Assembly: GCA_964016885.1 (NCBI GenBank)
Contig: OZ024742.1
Span: 260,276,001 to 260,340,000 of the forward strand
DNA: 64,000 bases
Source: Eledone cirrhosa
Taxonomy: Eukaryota
Direction of reading: 5' to 3'
Shown here: piece by piece, positions 27,801 through 42,777 of the stretch
Layout: each line of letters starts with the position of its first letter
How positions within the stretch are numbered: the stretch's first letter is position 1
Notes under the pieces: generated by a model
The model's database searches: none
The model's input: only the letters and a program-made list of their open reading frames with translations
What the model was told of the DNA's origin: nothing
Translations under genes and position numbers: made by a program

Positions 27801-30800
27801 CACAATTCACATTACACATACCATACACAACAGAACAAACACTAAAATAACACAACTCACATTACACATACCATACACAGCAGAACAAACACTAAAACAA
27901 CACAACTCACATTACACATACCATACACAACAGAACAAACACTAAAATAACACAACTCACATTACACATACCATACACAACAGAACAAACACTAAAACAA
28001 CACAACTCACATTACACATACCATACACAACAGAACAAACACTAAAATAACACAACTGACATTACACATACCATACACAACACAACTCACATTACACATA
28101 CCATACACAACAGAACAAACACTAAAATAACACAACTCACATTACACATACCATACACAACAGAACAAACACTAAAATAACACAACTCACATTACACATA
28201 TCATACACAACAGAACAAACACTAAAATAACACAACTCACATTACACATATCATACACAACAGAACAAACACTAAAACAACACAACTCACATTACCCATA
28301 CCGTACACAACAGAACAAATACTAAAACAACACAACTCACATTACACATACCATACACAACAGAACAAACACTAAAATAACACAACTCACATTACACATA
28401 CCATACACAACAGAACAAATACTAAAACAACACAACTCACATTACACATACCATACACAACAGAACAAATACTAAAACAACACAACTCACATTACACATA
28501 CCATACACAACAGAACAAACACTAAAATAACACAACTCACATTACACATACCATACACAACAGAACAAACACTAAAACAACACAACTCACATTACACATA
28601 CCATACACAACAGAACAAACACTAAAATAACACAACTGACATTACACATACCATACACAACACAACTCACAGTACACATACCATACACAACAGAACAAAT
28701 ACTAAAACAACACAACTCACATTACACATACCATACACAACAGAACAAACACTAAAACAACACAACTCACATTACACATACCATACACAACAGAACAAAC
28801 ACTAAAATAACACAACTCACATTACACATACCATACACAACAGAGCAAACACTAAAACAACACAACTCACATTACACATACCATACACAGCAGAACAAAC
28901 ACTAAAATAACACAAGTCACATTACACATACCATACACAACAGAACAAACACTAAAATAACACAACTCACATTACACATACCATACACAGCAGAACAAAC
29001 ACTAAAACAACACAACTCACATTACACATACCATACACAACAGAACAAACACTAAAATAACACAACTCACATTACACATACCATACACAACAGAACAAAC
29101 ACTAAAACAACACAACTCACATTACACATACCATACACAACAGAACAAACACTAAAATAACACAACTGACATTACACATACCATACACAACACAACTCAC
29201 ATTACACATACCATACACAACAGAACAAACACTAAAATAACACAACTCACATTACACATACCATACACAACAGAACAAACACTAAAATAACACAACTCAC
29301 ATTACACATATCATACACAACAGAACAAACACTAAAACAACACAACTCACATTACCCATACCGTACACAACAGAACAAATACTAAAACAACACAACTCAC
29401 ATTACACATACCATACACAACAGAACAAACACTAAAACAACACAACTCACATTACACATACCATACACAACAGAACAAACACTAAAATAACACAACTCAC
29501 ATTACACATACCATACACAACAGAGCAAACACTAAAACAACACAACTCACATTACACATACCATACACAGCAGAACAAACACTAAAATAACACAATTCAC
29601 ATTACACATACCATACACAACAGAACAAACACTAAAATAACACAACTCACATTACACATACCATACACAGCAGAACAAACACTAAAACAACACAACTCAC
29701 ATTACACATACCATACACAACAGAACAAACACTAAAATAACACAACTCACATTACACATACCATACACAACAGAACAAACACTAAAACAACACAACTCAC
29801 ATTACACATACCATACACAACAGAACAAACACTAAAATAACACAACTGACATTACACATACCATACACAACACAACTCACATTACACATACCATACACAA
29901 CAGAACAAACACTAAAATAACACAACTCACATTACACATACCATACACAACAGAACAAACACTAAAATAACACAACTCACATTACACATATCATACACAA
30001 CAGAACAAACACTAAAATAACACAACTCACATTACACATATCATACACAACAGAACAAACACTAAAACAACACAACTCACATTACCCATACCGTACACAA
30101 CAGAACAAATACTAAAACAACACAACTCACATTACACATACCATACACAACAGAACAAACACTAAAATAACACAACTCACATTACACATACCATACACAA
30201 CAGAACAAATACTAAAACAACACAACTCACATTACACATACCATACACAACAGAACAAATACTAAAACAACACAACTCACATTACACATACCATACACAA
30301 CAGAACAAACACTAAAATAACACAACTCACATTACACATACCATACACAACAGAACAAACACTAAAACAACACAACTCACATTACACATACCATACACAA
30401 CAGAACAAACACTAAAATAACACAACTGACATTACACATACCATACACAACACAACTCACAGTACACATACCATACACAACAGAACAAATACTAAAACAA
30501 CACAACTCACATTACACATACCATACACAACAGAACAAACACTAAAACAACACAACTCACATTACACATACCATACACAACAGAACAAACACTAAAATAA
30601 CACAACTCACATTACACATACCATACACAACAGAGCAAACACTAAAACAACACAACTCACATTACACATACCATACACAGCAGAACAAACACTAAAATAA
30701 CACAAGTCACATTACACATACCATACACAACAGAACAAACACTAAAATAACACAACTCACATTACACATACCATACACAGCAGAACAAACACTAAAACAA

Positions 30801-33790
30801 CACAACTCACATTACACATACCATACACAACAGAACAAACACTAAAATAACACAACTCACATTACACATACCATACACAACAGAACAAACACTAAAACAA
30901 CACAACTCACATTACACATACCATACACAACAGAACAAACACTAAAATAACACAACTGACATTACACATACCATACACAACACAACTCACATTACACATA
31001 CCATACACAACAGAACAAACACTAAAATAACACAACTCACATTACACATACCATACACAACAGAACAAACACTAAAATAACACAACTCACCTTACACATA
31101 TCATACACAACAGAACAAACACTAAAATAACACAACTCACATTACACATATCATACACAACAGAACAAACACTAAAACAACACAACTCACATTACCCATA
31201 CCGTACACAACAGAACAAATACTAAAACAACACAACTCACATTACACATACCATACACAACAGAACAAACAATAAAACAACACAACTCACATTACCCATA
31301 CCGTACACAACAGAACAAATACTAAAACAACACAACTCACATTACACATACCATACACAACAGAACAAATACTAAAACAACACAACTCACATTACACATA
31401 CCATACACAACAGAACAAACACTAAAATAACACAACTCACATTACACATACCATACACAACAGAACAAACACTAAAATAACACAACTGACATTACACATA
31501 CCATACACAACACAACTCACATTACACATACCATACACAACAGAACAAACACTAAAATAACACAACTCACATTACACATACCATACACAGCCGAACAAAC
31601 ACTAAAACAACACAACTCACATTACACATACCATACACAACAGAACAAACACTAAAATAACACAACTCACATTACACATACCATACACAACAGAACAAAC
31701 ACTAAAACAACACAACTCACATTACACATACCATACACAACAGAACAAACACTAAAATAACACAACTGACATTACACATACCATACACAACACAACTCAC
31801 AGTACACATACCATACACAACAGAACAAATACTAAAACAACACAACTCACATTACACATACCATACACAACAGAACAAACACTAAAACAACACAACTCAC
31901 ATTACACATACCATACACAGCAGAACAAACACTAAAACAACACAACTGACATTACACATACCATACACAACAGAACAAACACTAAAATAACACAACTGAC
32001 ATTACACATACCATACACAACACAACTCACAGTACACATACCATACACAACAGAACAAATACTAAAACAACACAACTCACATTACACATACCATACACAA
32101 CAGAACAAACACTAAAATAACACAACTCACATTACACATACCATACACAACAGAGCAAACACTAAAACGACACAACTCACATTACACATACCATACACAG
32201 CAGAACAAACACTAAAACAACACAACTCACATTACACATATCATACACAACAGAACAAACACTAAAATAACACAACTCACATTACACATATCATACACAA
32301 CAGAACAAACACTAAAACAACACAACTCACATTACCCATACCGTACACAACAGAACAAATACTAAAACAACACAACTCACATTACACATACCATACACAA
32401 CAGAACAAACACTAAAACAACACAACTCACATTACACATACCATACACAACAGAACAAACACTAAAATAACACAAGTCACATTACACATACCATACACAG
32501 CAGAACAAACACTAAAACAACACAACTCACATTACACATACCATACACAACAGAACAAACACTAAAATAACACAAGTCACATTACACATACCATACACAA
32601 CAGAACAAACACTAAAATAACACAACTCACATTACACATACCATACACAACAGAACAAACACTAAAACAACACAACTCACATTACACATACCATACACAG
32701 CAGAACAAACACTAAAACAACACAACTGACATTACACATACCATACACAACAGAACAAACACTAAAACAACACAACTGACATTACACATATCATACACAA
32801 CAGAACAAACACTAAAATAACACAACTCACGTTACACATACCATACACAACAGAACAAACACTAAAACAACACAACTCACATTACCCATATCATACACAA
32901 CAGAACAAATACTAAAACAACACAACTGACATTACACATACCATACACAACAGAACAAACACTAAAACAACACAACTCACATTACCCATATCATACACAA
33001 CAGAACAAATACTAAAATAACACAACTCACATTGCACATATCATACACAACAGAACAAATACTAAAATAACACAACTCACATTGCACATATACACAACAG
33101 AACAAACACTAAAATAACACAACTCACATTGCACATATCATACACAACAGAACAAACACTAAAATAACACAACTCACATTGCACATATACACAACAGAAC
33201 AAATACTAAAACAACACAACTGACATTGCACATATCATACACAACAGAACAAATACTAAAATAACACAACTCACATTGCACATATCATACACAACAGAAC
33301 AAACACTAAAATAACACAACTCACATTGCACATATCATACACAACAGAACAAATACTAAAATAACACAACTCACATTGCACATATCATACACAACAGAAC
33401 AAATACTAAAATAACACAACTCACATTGCACATATACACAACAGAACAAACACTAAAATAACACAACTCACATTGCACATATCATACACAACAGAACAAA
33501 TACTAAAATAACACAACTCACATTGCACATATCATACACAACAGAACAAACACTAAAATAACACAACTCACATTGCACATATCATACACAACAGAACAAA
33601 TACTAAAATAACACAACTCACATTGCACATATCATACACAACAGAACAAACACTAAAATAACACAACTCACATTGCACATATCATACACAACAGAACAAA
33701 TACTAAAATAACACAACTCACATTGCACATATGATACACAACAGAACAAATACTAAAATAACACAACTCACATACCACATACAATAGAAC
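24861..33790. repeat. 50-bp tandem satellite, about 8.9 kb (roughly 180 units), with higher-order structure
   Basis: Unit aacagaacaaacactaaaataacacaactcacattacacataccatacac, highly homogeneous, with recurring variants and 30-bp truncated units. Confidence 0.98.
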
Positions 33791-34164
33791 AAACACTGAA
33801 ACAACAAACTAAACCTCATAATAAAGGGAGACTGATCCAGTACACTAACAGGAGGAATCTATTCTCCTCTAATTCCTCACAAAAATATGAACACACAATG
33901 CTGCACACACCTCAGGAACACAGAGGTGCAGTAGAAACTTGCATGAAACTATCAAAGGGAATAATGATTATAATGATAGGTGACATACTTTTGGAATGAT
34001 AAAAAAAAGTGCATACACATACATGCATACATAGATAAAACCCCAGGAGTTACATATATATATATATACCATATATATCGACAATAACACTACACATACC
34101 CAATGTGTACAGAGCTGTACTTGGTTATGCAGTGACAGCACACAATGAAAATAGCACTAATGAT

Positions 34165-35700
34165 GATAATAATAATAATTGTTTCTAATTTAGGCACAAG
34201 GCCAGCAGTTTGAAGGGGAGGGGGAAAGTCGATTAAATCAGCCTCAGTGCATTACTGGTGCTTTATTTTATCGAAGAAACATTAACCCATTAGCCTTTAA
34301 ACCGGCCATAGCAGCCAGAATTCTCTCACCTCTTCCTATTCTAACTGGTTGTAACAGGCCACTCATACTGACATTAAGGTATTGTTCTCAAAATAAATAA
34401 CATCAAAATCTCGTAGATTTGATATTATGTGAAATAGATAAAGTCTTTACCACAAAATTACAATAGTATATATATATAGAGAGTAATGTAAATGCTAAAG
34501 AGTTAAGGGTAGCACAGGGTGATCAGTGTTGGGTTTTGTGTGTAAACAATTTTAACAAAAACAAATTTCCCAATAGGGATAAATTTCTAAAGGTCACAAT
34601 AATAATAATTAATAATTGTTTCTACATTTGGCACAAGGCCAGCAATTACCCAATACATTACTGGTACTTTATTTTATCGACCCCATAAGGATGAAAGGCA
34701 AAGTTAACCTCGGTGGGATTAGAACTCAGAATGGCAAGGGCCATAACTCAATGTGTCAAAGCATGGTGTCTGAATCTCTACCGATACAGCCATGGTCTCT
34801 AATTTAGTCGCACGGTCAGCAATATTGGGAGAAGAGAAAGTCAATTAAATCACCCCTGTATTTCACTGCTACATTATTTATCTCATAATAACTGTTTCTA
34901 CTTTTGGCACAAAGCCAGCAATTACCTCAGTGCATTACTGATGCATTATTTTATCAACCCCGTAAGGATAAAAAGCAAAGCGGGATTTTAACTCGGACCG
35001 TAAAGGGCTCTATGCTGAAAAGTATGGTGTCTGACACTGTACTAATACTGCCAATCCACTACCATTTATCTCATAATAATAATGGTGATTAATGTGATGG
35101 TGATTTATTTTGTTTGTCACAGGGACATTGGATGAAGGGCCATTACAAAGACAAACTACATAAAGTGTAGGGGTTTACATAGAAATTGAATGCGCTATAA
35201 TAATTGTTTCTACTTTTGACACAAGACTAATAATTGGAAGGGACGGGGGAAGTCGATTAAATGGACACCAGTGTATTACTGACACCAGTGTATTACTGGT
35301 AATTTATCGACCTCAAGGATGAAAGGCAAAGCTAACCGTGGCAGGATTTGAACTCAGGACATAAAGGGCCATAAATATATGCTGCAAAGTATGTTATCCA
35401 ATTTTCTACCAATACTCAATGAGTTATAATAATAATAATAATTGTTTCTACTTTTGGCACAAGGCCAGCAATTACACAGTGCATTACTGGTACTTTATTT
35501 TATAAAGTTAACCTCGGCGGGATTTGAACTCAGAATGGCAAGGGCCGTAATAACAATAATAATGGTTTCTTATATAGGCACAAGTCCATCAATTTTGGGG
35601 GAGGAGAAAGTCGATTAAATCGACCCCAGTGCAGGACTGGTACTTTATTTTATCGACTCCATAAGGGTGAAAGGCAAAGAATAATAATAATGATCATTCC
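34165..35700 (-). mobile_element. Cluster of at least 7 full or partial SINE copies, all on the minus strand
   Basis: Repeated aataattgtttctacttttggcacaaggccagcaatt..gcattactggtactttattttatcga starts at about 34175, 34612, 34888, 35200, 35435 and 35560, plus partial copies. Confidence 0.85.
34283..34506. mobile_element. Second piggyBac-type MITE
   Basis: ttaacccattagcctttaaa ... gtaaatgctaaagagttaa inverted termini bounded by TTAA. Confidence 0.6.
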
Positions 35701-37447
35701 TAACCTAAGGACATTTTGTGGGAGAAAATAACCAATTAAATCAGCCAAACCTCTAATACTTGGCAGGTAACACTTATATTCATGCAGTGGTTAGGGTGTT
35801 GGAGTTACGATTATAATGTCATGGGTTCACATTGCCCCAGTTAACTCAACTGAAAAGGAGTACAAGCTAAAGCTGAGGGTTAACCCTGTGGTGTCTTGGT
35901 ATCCTCTCCAGGGAAAGAAATCTTGTATTTCCAATGAAATAGATAAATTTTGGCCCATTGAGTCTCAGGCCTTCGGAGACTTTAACATTTTTTTTTAATC
36001 CTTATATTGACTGAAGAAAATTATTTTAATTCAAAGTCAATTCTGGTAGGATTTGAACTTAGAATTTTGTGGAACAAAAAAAAGTACACTAAGGGATTTT
36101 AAGCCTTCTATTGCCATATTTCTAATGAAAGATACTGCCTATGGTTTTCAAAGTATTTTGAAAATAATCAAGAATTGGGAGCTAACTAAATTCTTTGCTA
36201 ATGAACTGGTGTTTGGAACAAAACTTAACATAGTTTCTTACATAAAATTATGATAGAAAGTTTTTTATTAATATAAACCTTTTAAAGCAAACATACTTGT
36301 ATCATAGAACCAGGAGCACTTTCAGTTTGTTTGGTATTGAAAGGGTTCAGCTAAATAATGTCCGGCATCCAGTTTAGTGCTAAAATATTTCACAATTTCT
36401 TCAATAATAATACCCATAATAATAATGATAATCACTAATAACTATCAACTCAGAAATGATTCTCAATTGTATTTTTATTTTTCTGTCCTAACTTTCACCT
36501 CTCTCCCCAAATTTCTCTATCTTCTTCAGTTATTTGCTACTATTATTGACCATAGTTTTTATTTAATTTCACTGCATTTTTCACATATAGTTATTAGTTT
36601 AACATGCTAAACTACTGATCACTTGACCAAAAGTTCAAACATTGTTACAGCCACTCTATTTGGCATCTCTCAACAACTCATATATATAATACTCTATCCC
36701 AAGTTACCTGGTTATACTTCTATCTTATTCAGTAGTTCTTCCTCTAGTTGTTTCTTTATAGCAAGCACAGTGGTTATATAACAGCTTTCCCAATTTCCAC
36801 ACAGCTCTTTGCATTTCATCAAAGCCTGCAAGATCTTTTCAGCTGTCTGGTTTTTCAGTTAGATGTATTTAAAAAATGCTTTAACAATATGCAAATGCTC
36901 AAATTTGCATGGCCCTTCTTGGTCACCTTACAACAAAAACAAATGGTTTAAGGCCATTTTCCCTGCCAAAGCATTGCAATTGTTGGATCGCAGGTTTGAT
37001 CCCACTGAATGGCATCTTGGGCAAGTCTCATTTACCATAACCACAACTCAAGCCTTATGAGTGAAATTGGGTAGGGAGAAATTATTTTGATGCCTGCCAA
37101 CAAAGGGTCAGCATTGGTACACACTGTGTGACAGTGAATCTCCATGAGAATTACAGTAAAGATATACATTTCTTTAAAACAGTCTAATATAATAGACTGC
37201 ACTTGCAATTGAAATGACCAGGCTTGTCACACACTGTCATGCTGAATATGAGAATTATATTAAGGTTGCATGTGTCTTTGGAATACCCAGACACTTACAG
37301 CAACGCTCATCATTATAACCAATGAAGAACCATTCTATGGGTGCAGATACTAGGAATTTTCATATTGGTATATGTATTGATCTTTATTCTCCTCCTCCCC
37401 ACAAATCAAACAGAAGTAGAGATTAATCTAATTTACAGAGCAAGCAT

Positions 37448-38400
37448 CTGGGTATTTAGTATCCTAGGCTAGTTCTACAATGTGTGGCTGGGTATTTAGT
37501 ACCCTAGGCTAGCTCTACAATGTGGAGCTAGGTATTTAGTGTGGATATTTAGTACCCTAGGCAAGTTCTGCAGTGTGCACCAGGGTATATACAACACTAG
37601 GTTAGTTCTATGATGTGTACATGGGTATCTAGTGACCTAGGCTAGCTTTTCAATGTTTACCTGGGTATTTACCACCCTAGGTTAGCTCTACATTGTGTAC
37701 CTGAGTAATTAGCACTCTAGGCTAGCTCTACATCATATACCTAGGTATTTAGCACCCTAGGCTAGCTCTGCAATATGTGACTGGGTATTTAGTACTCTAA
37801 ACTCGCCATACAAAGGGCACCTGGATCTTTAGTGTCTTAGGCTAGCTCTACAGTGAATGTCTGGGTATTTAACACCTTAGGCTAGCCCTACAATGTGTGC
37901 CTGGATATTAATCACTCCAAGCTAACTACAATGTGTACCTGAGTATTTAGAACCCTGGGCTAGCTCTTCAATATGTACCTGGGTATTTAGTACCCTAGTC
38001 TAGATCTACAATGTGTGTCTGAGTATTTAGCACTCTAGGCTAGTTCTGTAATGTGTTCCTGAGTATTTCTACAATGTGTATATGGGTATTTATCACTCAA
38101 GGCTAGCTCTACAATATGTTGCTGGATATTTAGTGTTCTAGGCTAACTCTACAATGTGTAGCTTCACATTTAGCACCCTAGGCTATCTCTACAATATGTA
38201 CCTGGGTATTTAGTGTTCTAGGCTAGCTCTACAATGTGTGCCTGAAAATTTAGCACTGTAGCTAGCTATATAATGTGTGTGTCTGGGTATTTAATACCTT
38301 TGGCTAGATCTATAATGTGTAACCGCACATTTAGCACCACTGGCTAGCTCTACAATGTGTACCCGGGTATTTAGCACCCTAGACTAGTTCTACAATGTGT
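37448..38400. repeat. 40-bp diverged minisatellite (about 24 copies)
   Basis: Consensus ctgggtatttagcaccctaggctagctctacaatgtgtac; starts at 37448 and 37488 show the 40-bp period. Confidence 0.95.
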
Positions 38401-40164
38401 GCTCCCTTCTCCCAATTTCAACTTACAGTTTGGTAAACTGACAAACCCAGTTTTTGACACTTCTTGCTCTAACCACGCTAAGGAAATTACTAAGCCTGTA
38501 TTTTCCACTACACAGTTCACACTCATCCACAATAAATCAAGTTTCAGTAATGCGCTGCTTCTCTGTTGTCTACATCCTATGTGGTTGTCTAGTTGATCTT
38601 AATGGTAGCATAGACTCTGACCATTTGTCAACCAGGCAATATTGTGTTCATTTTCTTCCTTTCCCTACCCTAGGAAGAAAGATCACAATAGTTGTATTGG
38701 CAAGATTTGAACTCAGAACTCAGAATCAGTTCAGCACATTAAACTAAATAGTATTGGTAAAACACAGCAAAATCATTATGTTCAGAAAATGGTTGACTTA
38801 CGAAGCATTGGGGGAAATTTGAATTGTGTGCATCACAAAATAAATTACCACAATAAAAGTTAATCACTGCAAATGATAGTTGAAAAAATAATACTTGGTC
38901 ACTGGAAATAATAGTTGAGAATATAAGTTATAATACACCTGGAGACAGAACAAAATGGAACAGAGGTGCCTCAGTCCACTTTGTTCCATCTCCAGTGATA
39001 CTTTACTCAATTTTCTCAACTATTATTTACAGTGATCAACTATTATTTTGGTCATTTGAGTTGGGATGCACACGTTTCAAGTATCACAAGCATAATGATT
39101 TTGTGGAAATCTTTTTGCTTAACTTCAGCTTATTTTTTCCATTATTTATAAAGATATATATATATATTTTTTGTTTCTCCCTATTTTGTTCTGACCCATT
39201 GCCTGCTGTTTCTCCTTATTCAGTTCAAGCCCATTGCCTGCCATTTTCATTCTTCATTTTTGTTGTTTTTTCTTTGCTCTGAATTTTTTGTTTTGTTGTT
39301 TTTGGGGGGTTTTTTTAATATATTTCCGTCTGCTTCTTTCTTGGGAGAAAAAAAAGAGAATTAATTGCTTTGTAAAAATTGATAAAATTTGATTTCCAAG
39401 ACATCATGTGTGTTTATATATATATATACTTATATATATATACATATATATATGTGTACATATATATATGTGTACATATATATATGTATGTGCGTGTGTG
39501 TGTTCATATATCTTTGTTTATTATTTAACAACTGGCATTCATAGTTATCGTCTTTGTTTTCTCCTTCTTATTATTAATATTATTATTGTTGTTGTTTTTG
39601 TTTATTGTCATCAAATGCATTTTATATGTATGTATTATGTAAATGTTTACATATCTGCATATGTTTATATGTATATGTTTATATAGGTATGTGCATATGT
39701 GTGAGTGTGTTGCATATATATATATATATATATATGTGTGTATGTATATATATATAACAGTATATGTGTATGCATGCATATTTTTGTGTGCGTGTGTGTC
39801 TATATATATATTATATATGAATGTATGTATGCATGCATATATTTATGTATGTGTGTGTATATATATAAATGTATATATATATATATATATATATACATAT
39901 GTATATATGTATATAAATGTATATATATATAAATGTATATATATAAATGTATATATATATATATATATACATATGTATATATGTATATATATATATGTAT
40001 ATATATATGTGTGTATATATATGTGTGTGTGTATATATGTATAGAGATATATGTATAGAGATATGTGTATATATATGTGTGTGTGTATATATATATTTAT
40101 ATATATATATGGATATGTTTATGTATATATATATATATATATATAAATATATGTATATATATTA

Positions 40165-40273
<109 letters not shown>

Positions 40274-40496
40274 AAATGTATGAATGAATGAGTAGATTTG
40301 ATTTGTTTTAAAATGCCTAAACTGTGTGTCTGTATTTGTTTATATATATGCATTTATATATGTGTGTGTATGTATGTATATATAATATACATAGGTGGTG
40401 AGAGAAAAAAAAGATGTATGCTCTTCAACCATAACACATTGTCTCTAATTTGCCACTTCCTTTCTTTCTCCTTCTATTCATCTTATTTCTATACAG

Positions 40497-40577
40497 GTTA
40501 TCATAATGATCTGCCAACTAGTTTACCAACAAAACCTAATGGAGCAACATATATTCCACCAGTAGTAAGGCCGATTG
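40497..40577 (+). CDS. Internal coding exon (81 nt, phase 1-1): Pro-rich inter-FN3 linker of an Ig/FN3 adhesion protein (Turtle/Borderless, IgSF9-like)
   Basis: Long pyrimidine tract and acceptor (tcttatttctatacag|GT), strong donor (ATTG|gtaagt). Reads (G)YHNDLPTSLPTKPNGATYIPPVVRPI(G) and splices in frame to 42778. Confidence 0.85.
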
Positions 40578-41456
40578 GTAAGTGACCAACTAGTACATAT
40601 AGGTTCTGTAGGTTATGACATGGTAGAATACAGCTGGTACACTTTTTAATGTTAGTGGTAATCAAACAGAGACAATATAAGAGAGAGCACTCTTCAGAAT
40701 GGCCGAGAATATGACAACCTCTCTAGTGCCAGTGCCTCAATAAAATTCACCTGGTTCACTCTGTAAGGTGGTTGGTATTAGGAATGGCATCCAGCCATAA
40801 AAACCATACCAAATATAGAACATATGAGTAAGATGAACTCTCTCTGAACTGTCTAGTTTTAAAACATAACAATCTGTCCAACCCATGCCAGCATGGAATG
40901 CATTCATAAAATAATAATGAGGATGATGTACTTTTCTATGAGCTGAATACTGTGTTTTGGAGTTGTACTTATCTAGCAAGTGACGGTGTGTTAAAACAAT
41001 TACACATTGGAAGAGTCATTTTAACCATATGTAAGCATATAAAGCTTCTCAATTCATCACAGTTTGGAGACAGATTGCCTCATGTAGGAGTAGGAAATCA
41101 AATGGTAGACTATTATGTAATATATTTGTATGTTCTACAGACTCTGCCAATTCACATATATATATAATTTAGAAAGTGATATGTTTAAGAAAGCTAAGAC
41201 AATACAAGATGGATGGTATAATAATGGCAAAGCAAAAGTTTGTTACCTGCTATTTATTATTGAAGGGCGGGAAATTGGCAGCAGCGGTTGAGGGTTGGAT
41301 GCCATGCTTTCTAGCATAGTTACGTCCCTTTACGGCATGAGTTCAAATCCCGTTGAGGTTAACTTAGCCTTTCATCCTTACGGGGTCGATAAAATAAAGT
41401 ACCAGTAATGTACTGGGTAATTTCTGGCCTTGTGCCAAAAGTAGAAACAATTATTA

Positions 41457-41895
41457 TTGAAATTTGACTTAAATTTAAAATTTAGAGACTGCTTTCATAC
41501 ATTGTGTTTTGACAGTATCCATGAGATGGTGGAGGAGGATTATGTCAATTGCCATATGTAATTGAAGCAAATTTATTGTGTAAACTATTGTGTTTAGACT
41601 ACATGTGTGTGTGTCCATTTATGACATAAAAAGACACACACATGTAGCCTAAACTCAACAATTCACACAAGAAATTTGCTTCAATTTGATTTTATGTATG
41701 GCAATTACATCATTCTTCTGTTTCTCAGATACTACAACAAACATCAAAAGACAATGCTTGAAAGCAGTTTCTAAATTTTAAAAATAAATCAAATTTCAAA
41801 GCGATAAGACTGGAACGTTTTGCTCTGAGAGTTCCCCAAACTCTGAGGAAGGAAATTTTAAGTCCCAAAATATTAGGATGAAAGAAAAAATAAAG
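41457..41895 (+). mobile_element. PLE-like fold-back relic (arms about 41457-41615 and 41630-41800) with degenerate hammerhead at about 41843-41877
   Basis: Imperfect inverted repeat. Shares tgacataaaaagacacac with the PLE at about 62902, and ggaac..gttcc..CTGAGGAagg..gtccc(a)AAAtatt with the motif at 63095-63162. Confidence 0.65.
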
Positions 41896-42343
41896 ATAAT
41901 AATAATAATTGTTTCTACTTTTGGCACAAGGCCAGCAATTACCCAGTGCATTATTGGTATTTTATTTTATCAACCCCGTAAGGAGGAAAGGCAAAGTTAA
42001 CCTCGGCAGGATTTGAACTCAAAATGGAAAGGGCCGTAACTCTATGTGTCAAAGCATGGCATCCGACTCTCTACTGCCAATACCAGGTAACTAACTTTTT
42101 CGCTGCCTTCATTTTACCGGCCATTTCACATTGTCTTAGCCTTCTTAAACATATTATTTTCTACATTATACACTCTACACTATACTTCAATCAAACTACA
42201 ACATTCTATTATATATATATATATATATATAATTGTTTCTACTTTAGGCACAAGGCCAGCAATTATCCAGTGCATTACTGGTACTTTATTTTATCGACCC
42301 CGTAAGGATGAAAGGCAAAGTCAACCTCGGCCGAATTTGAACT

Positions 42344-42427
42344 CAGCGTGGAAAAGTGGACATTAAACAGTAATGATTATATATATATATATAATCATTA
42401 CTGTTTAGTGTCCACTTTTCCACGCTG
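42344..42427. repeat. 84-bp spacerless palindrome centred on (TA)n
   Basis: cagcgtggaaaagtggacattaaacagtaatgattatatatatatatataatcattactgtttagtgtccacttttccacgctg, one mismatch. Confidence 0.95.
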
Positions 42428-42777
42428 GCATGGGTTAAGTAAATTGACAGAGTCAGTAGAACATGAGATAAAATACTTAGTGGTATTCATTGTGGCTCTC
42501 TGAATTCAAATCGAACTTGATGAAAACTGTACCAGTCCAGTACAGGGGTTGATTCTCACTCTGCCTCTTCTTCTCTGGAATAAATTCTTTAGACTTGGGC
42601 CAGGATGGGCTCCATCAGGTTTAAATTGCCCAAGATATATGTCATTGCAGCACCTCTGCAACTTGCAAACACAAGGAAAAGTACACAAAACCTAAGAGAA
42701 TATTATGAGATTACTCTCTGTTCCTACTCTGAGTTTCACAGTTTCACACAGATCATGTATATATTTTATTTTTGCAG

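Noticed and set aside
24861-33030. Minus-strand ttttag acceptor and gtatgt/gtgagt donor in each satellite unit (exon array idea)
   Set aside because: Implied introns would be about 30 nt, and there is no evidence of a minus-strand transcript.
24861-33790. CRISPR-like array or coding repeat
   Set aside because: No unique spacers, no cas genes, eukaryotic context and no long ORF; it is a tandem satellite.
37448-38400. CRISPR-like palindromic repeats
   Set aside because: Contiguous diverged 40-bp units without spacers.
42705-42777. N-terminal part of the 121-aa ORF (MRLLSVPT...)
   Set aside because: Intronic read-through upstream of the acceptor at 42776-42777.
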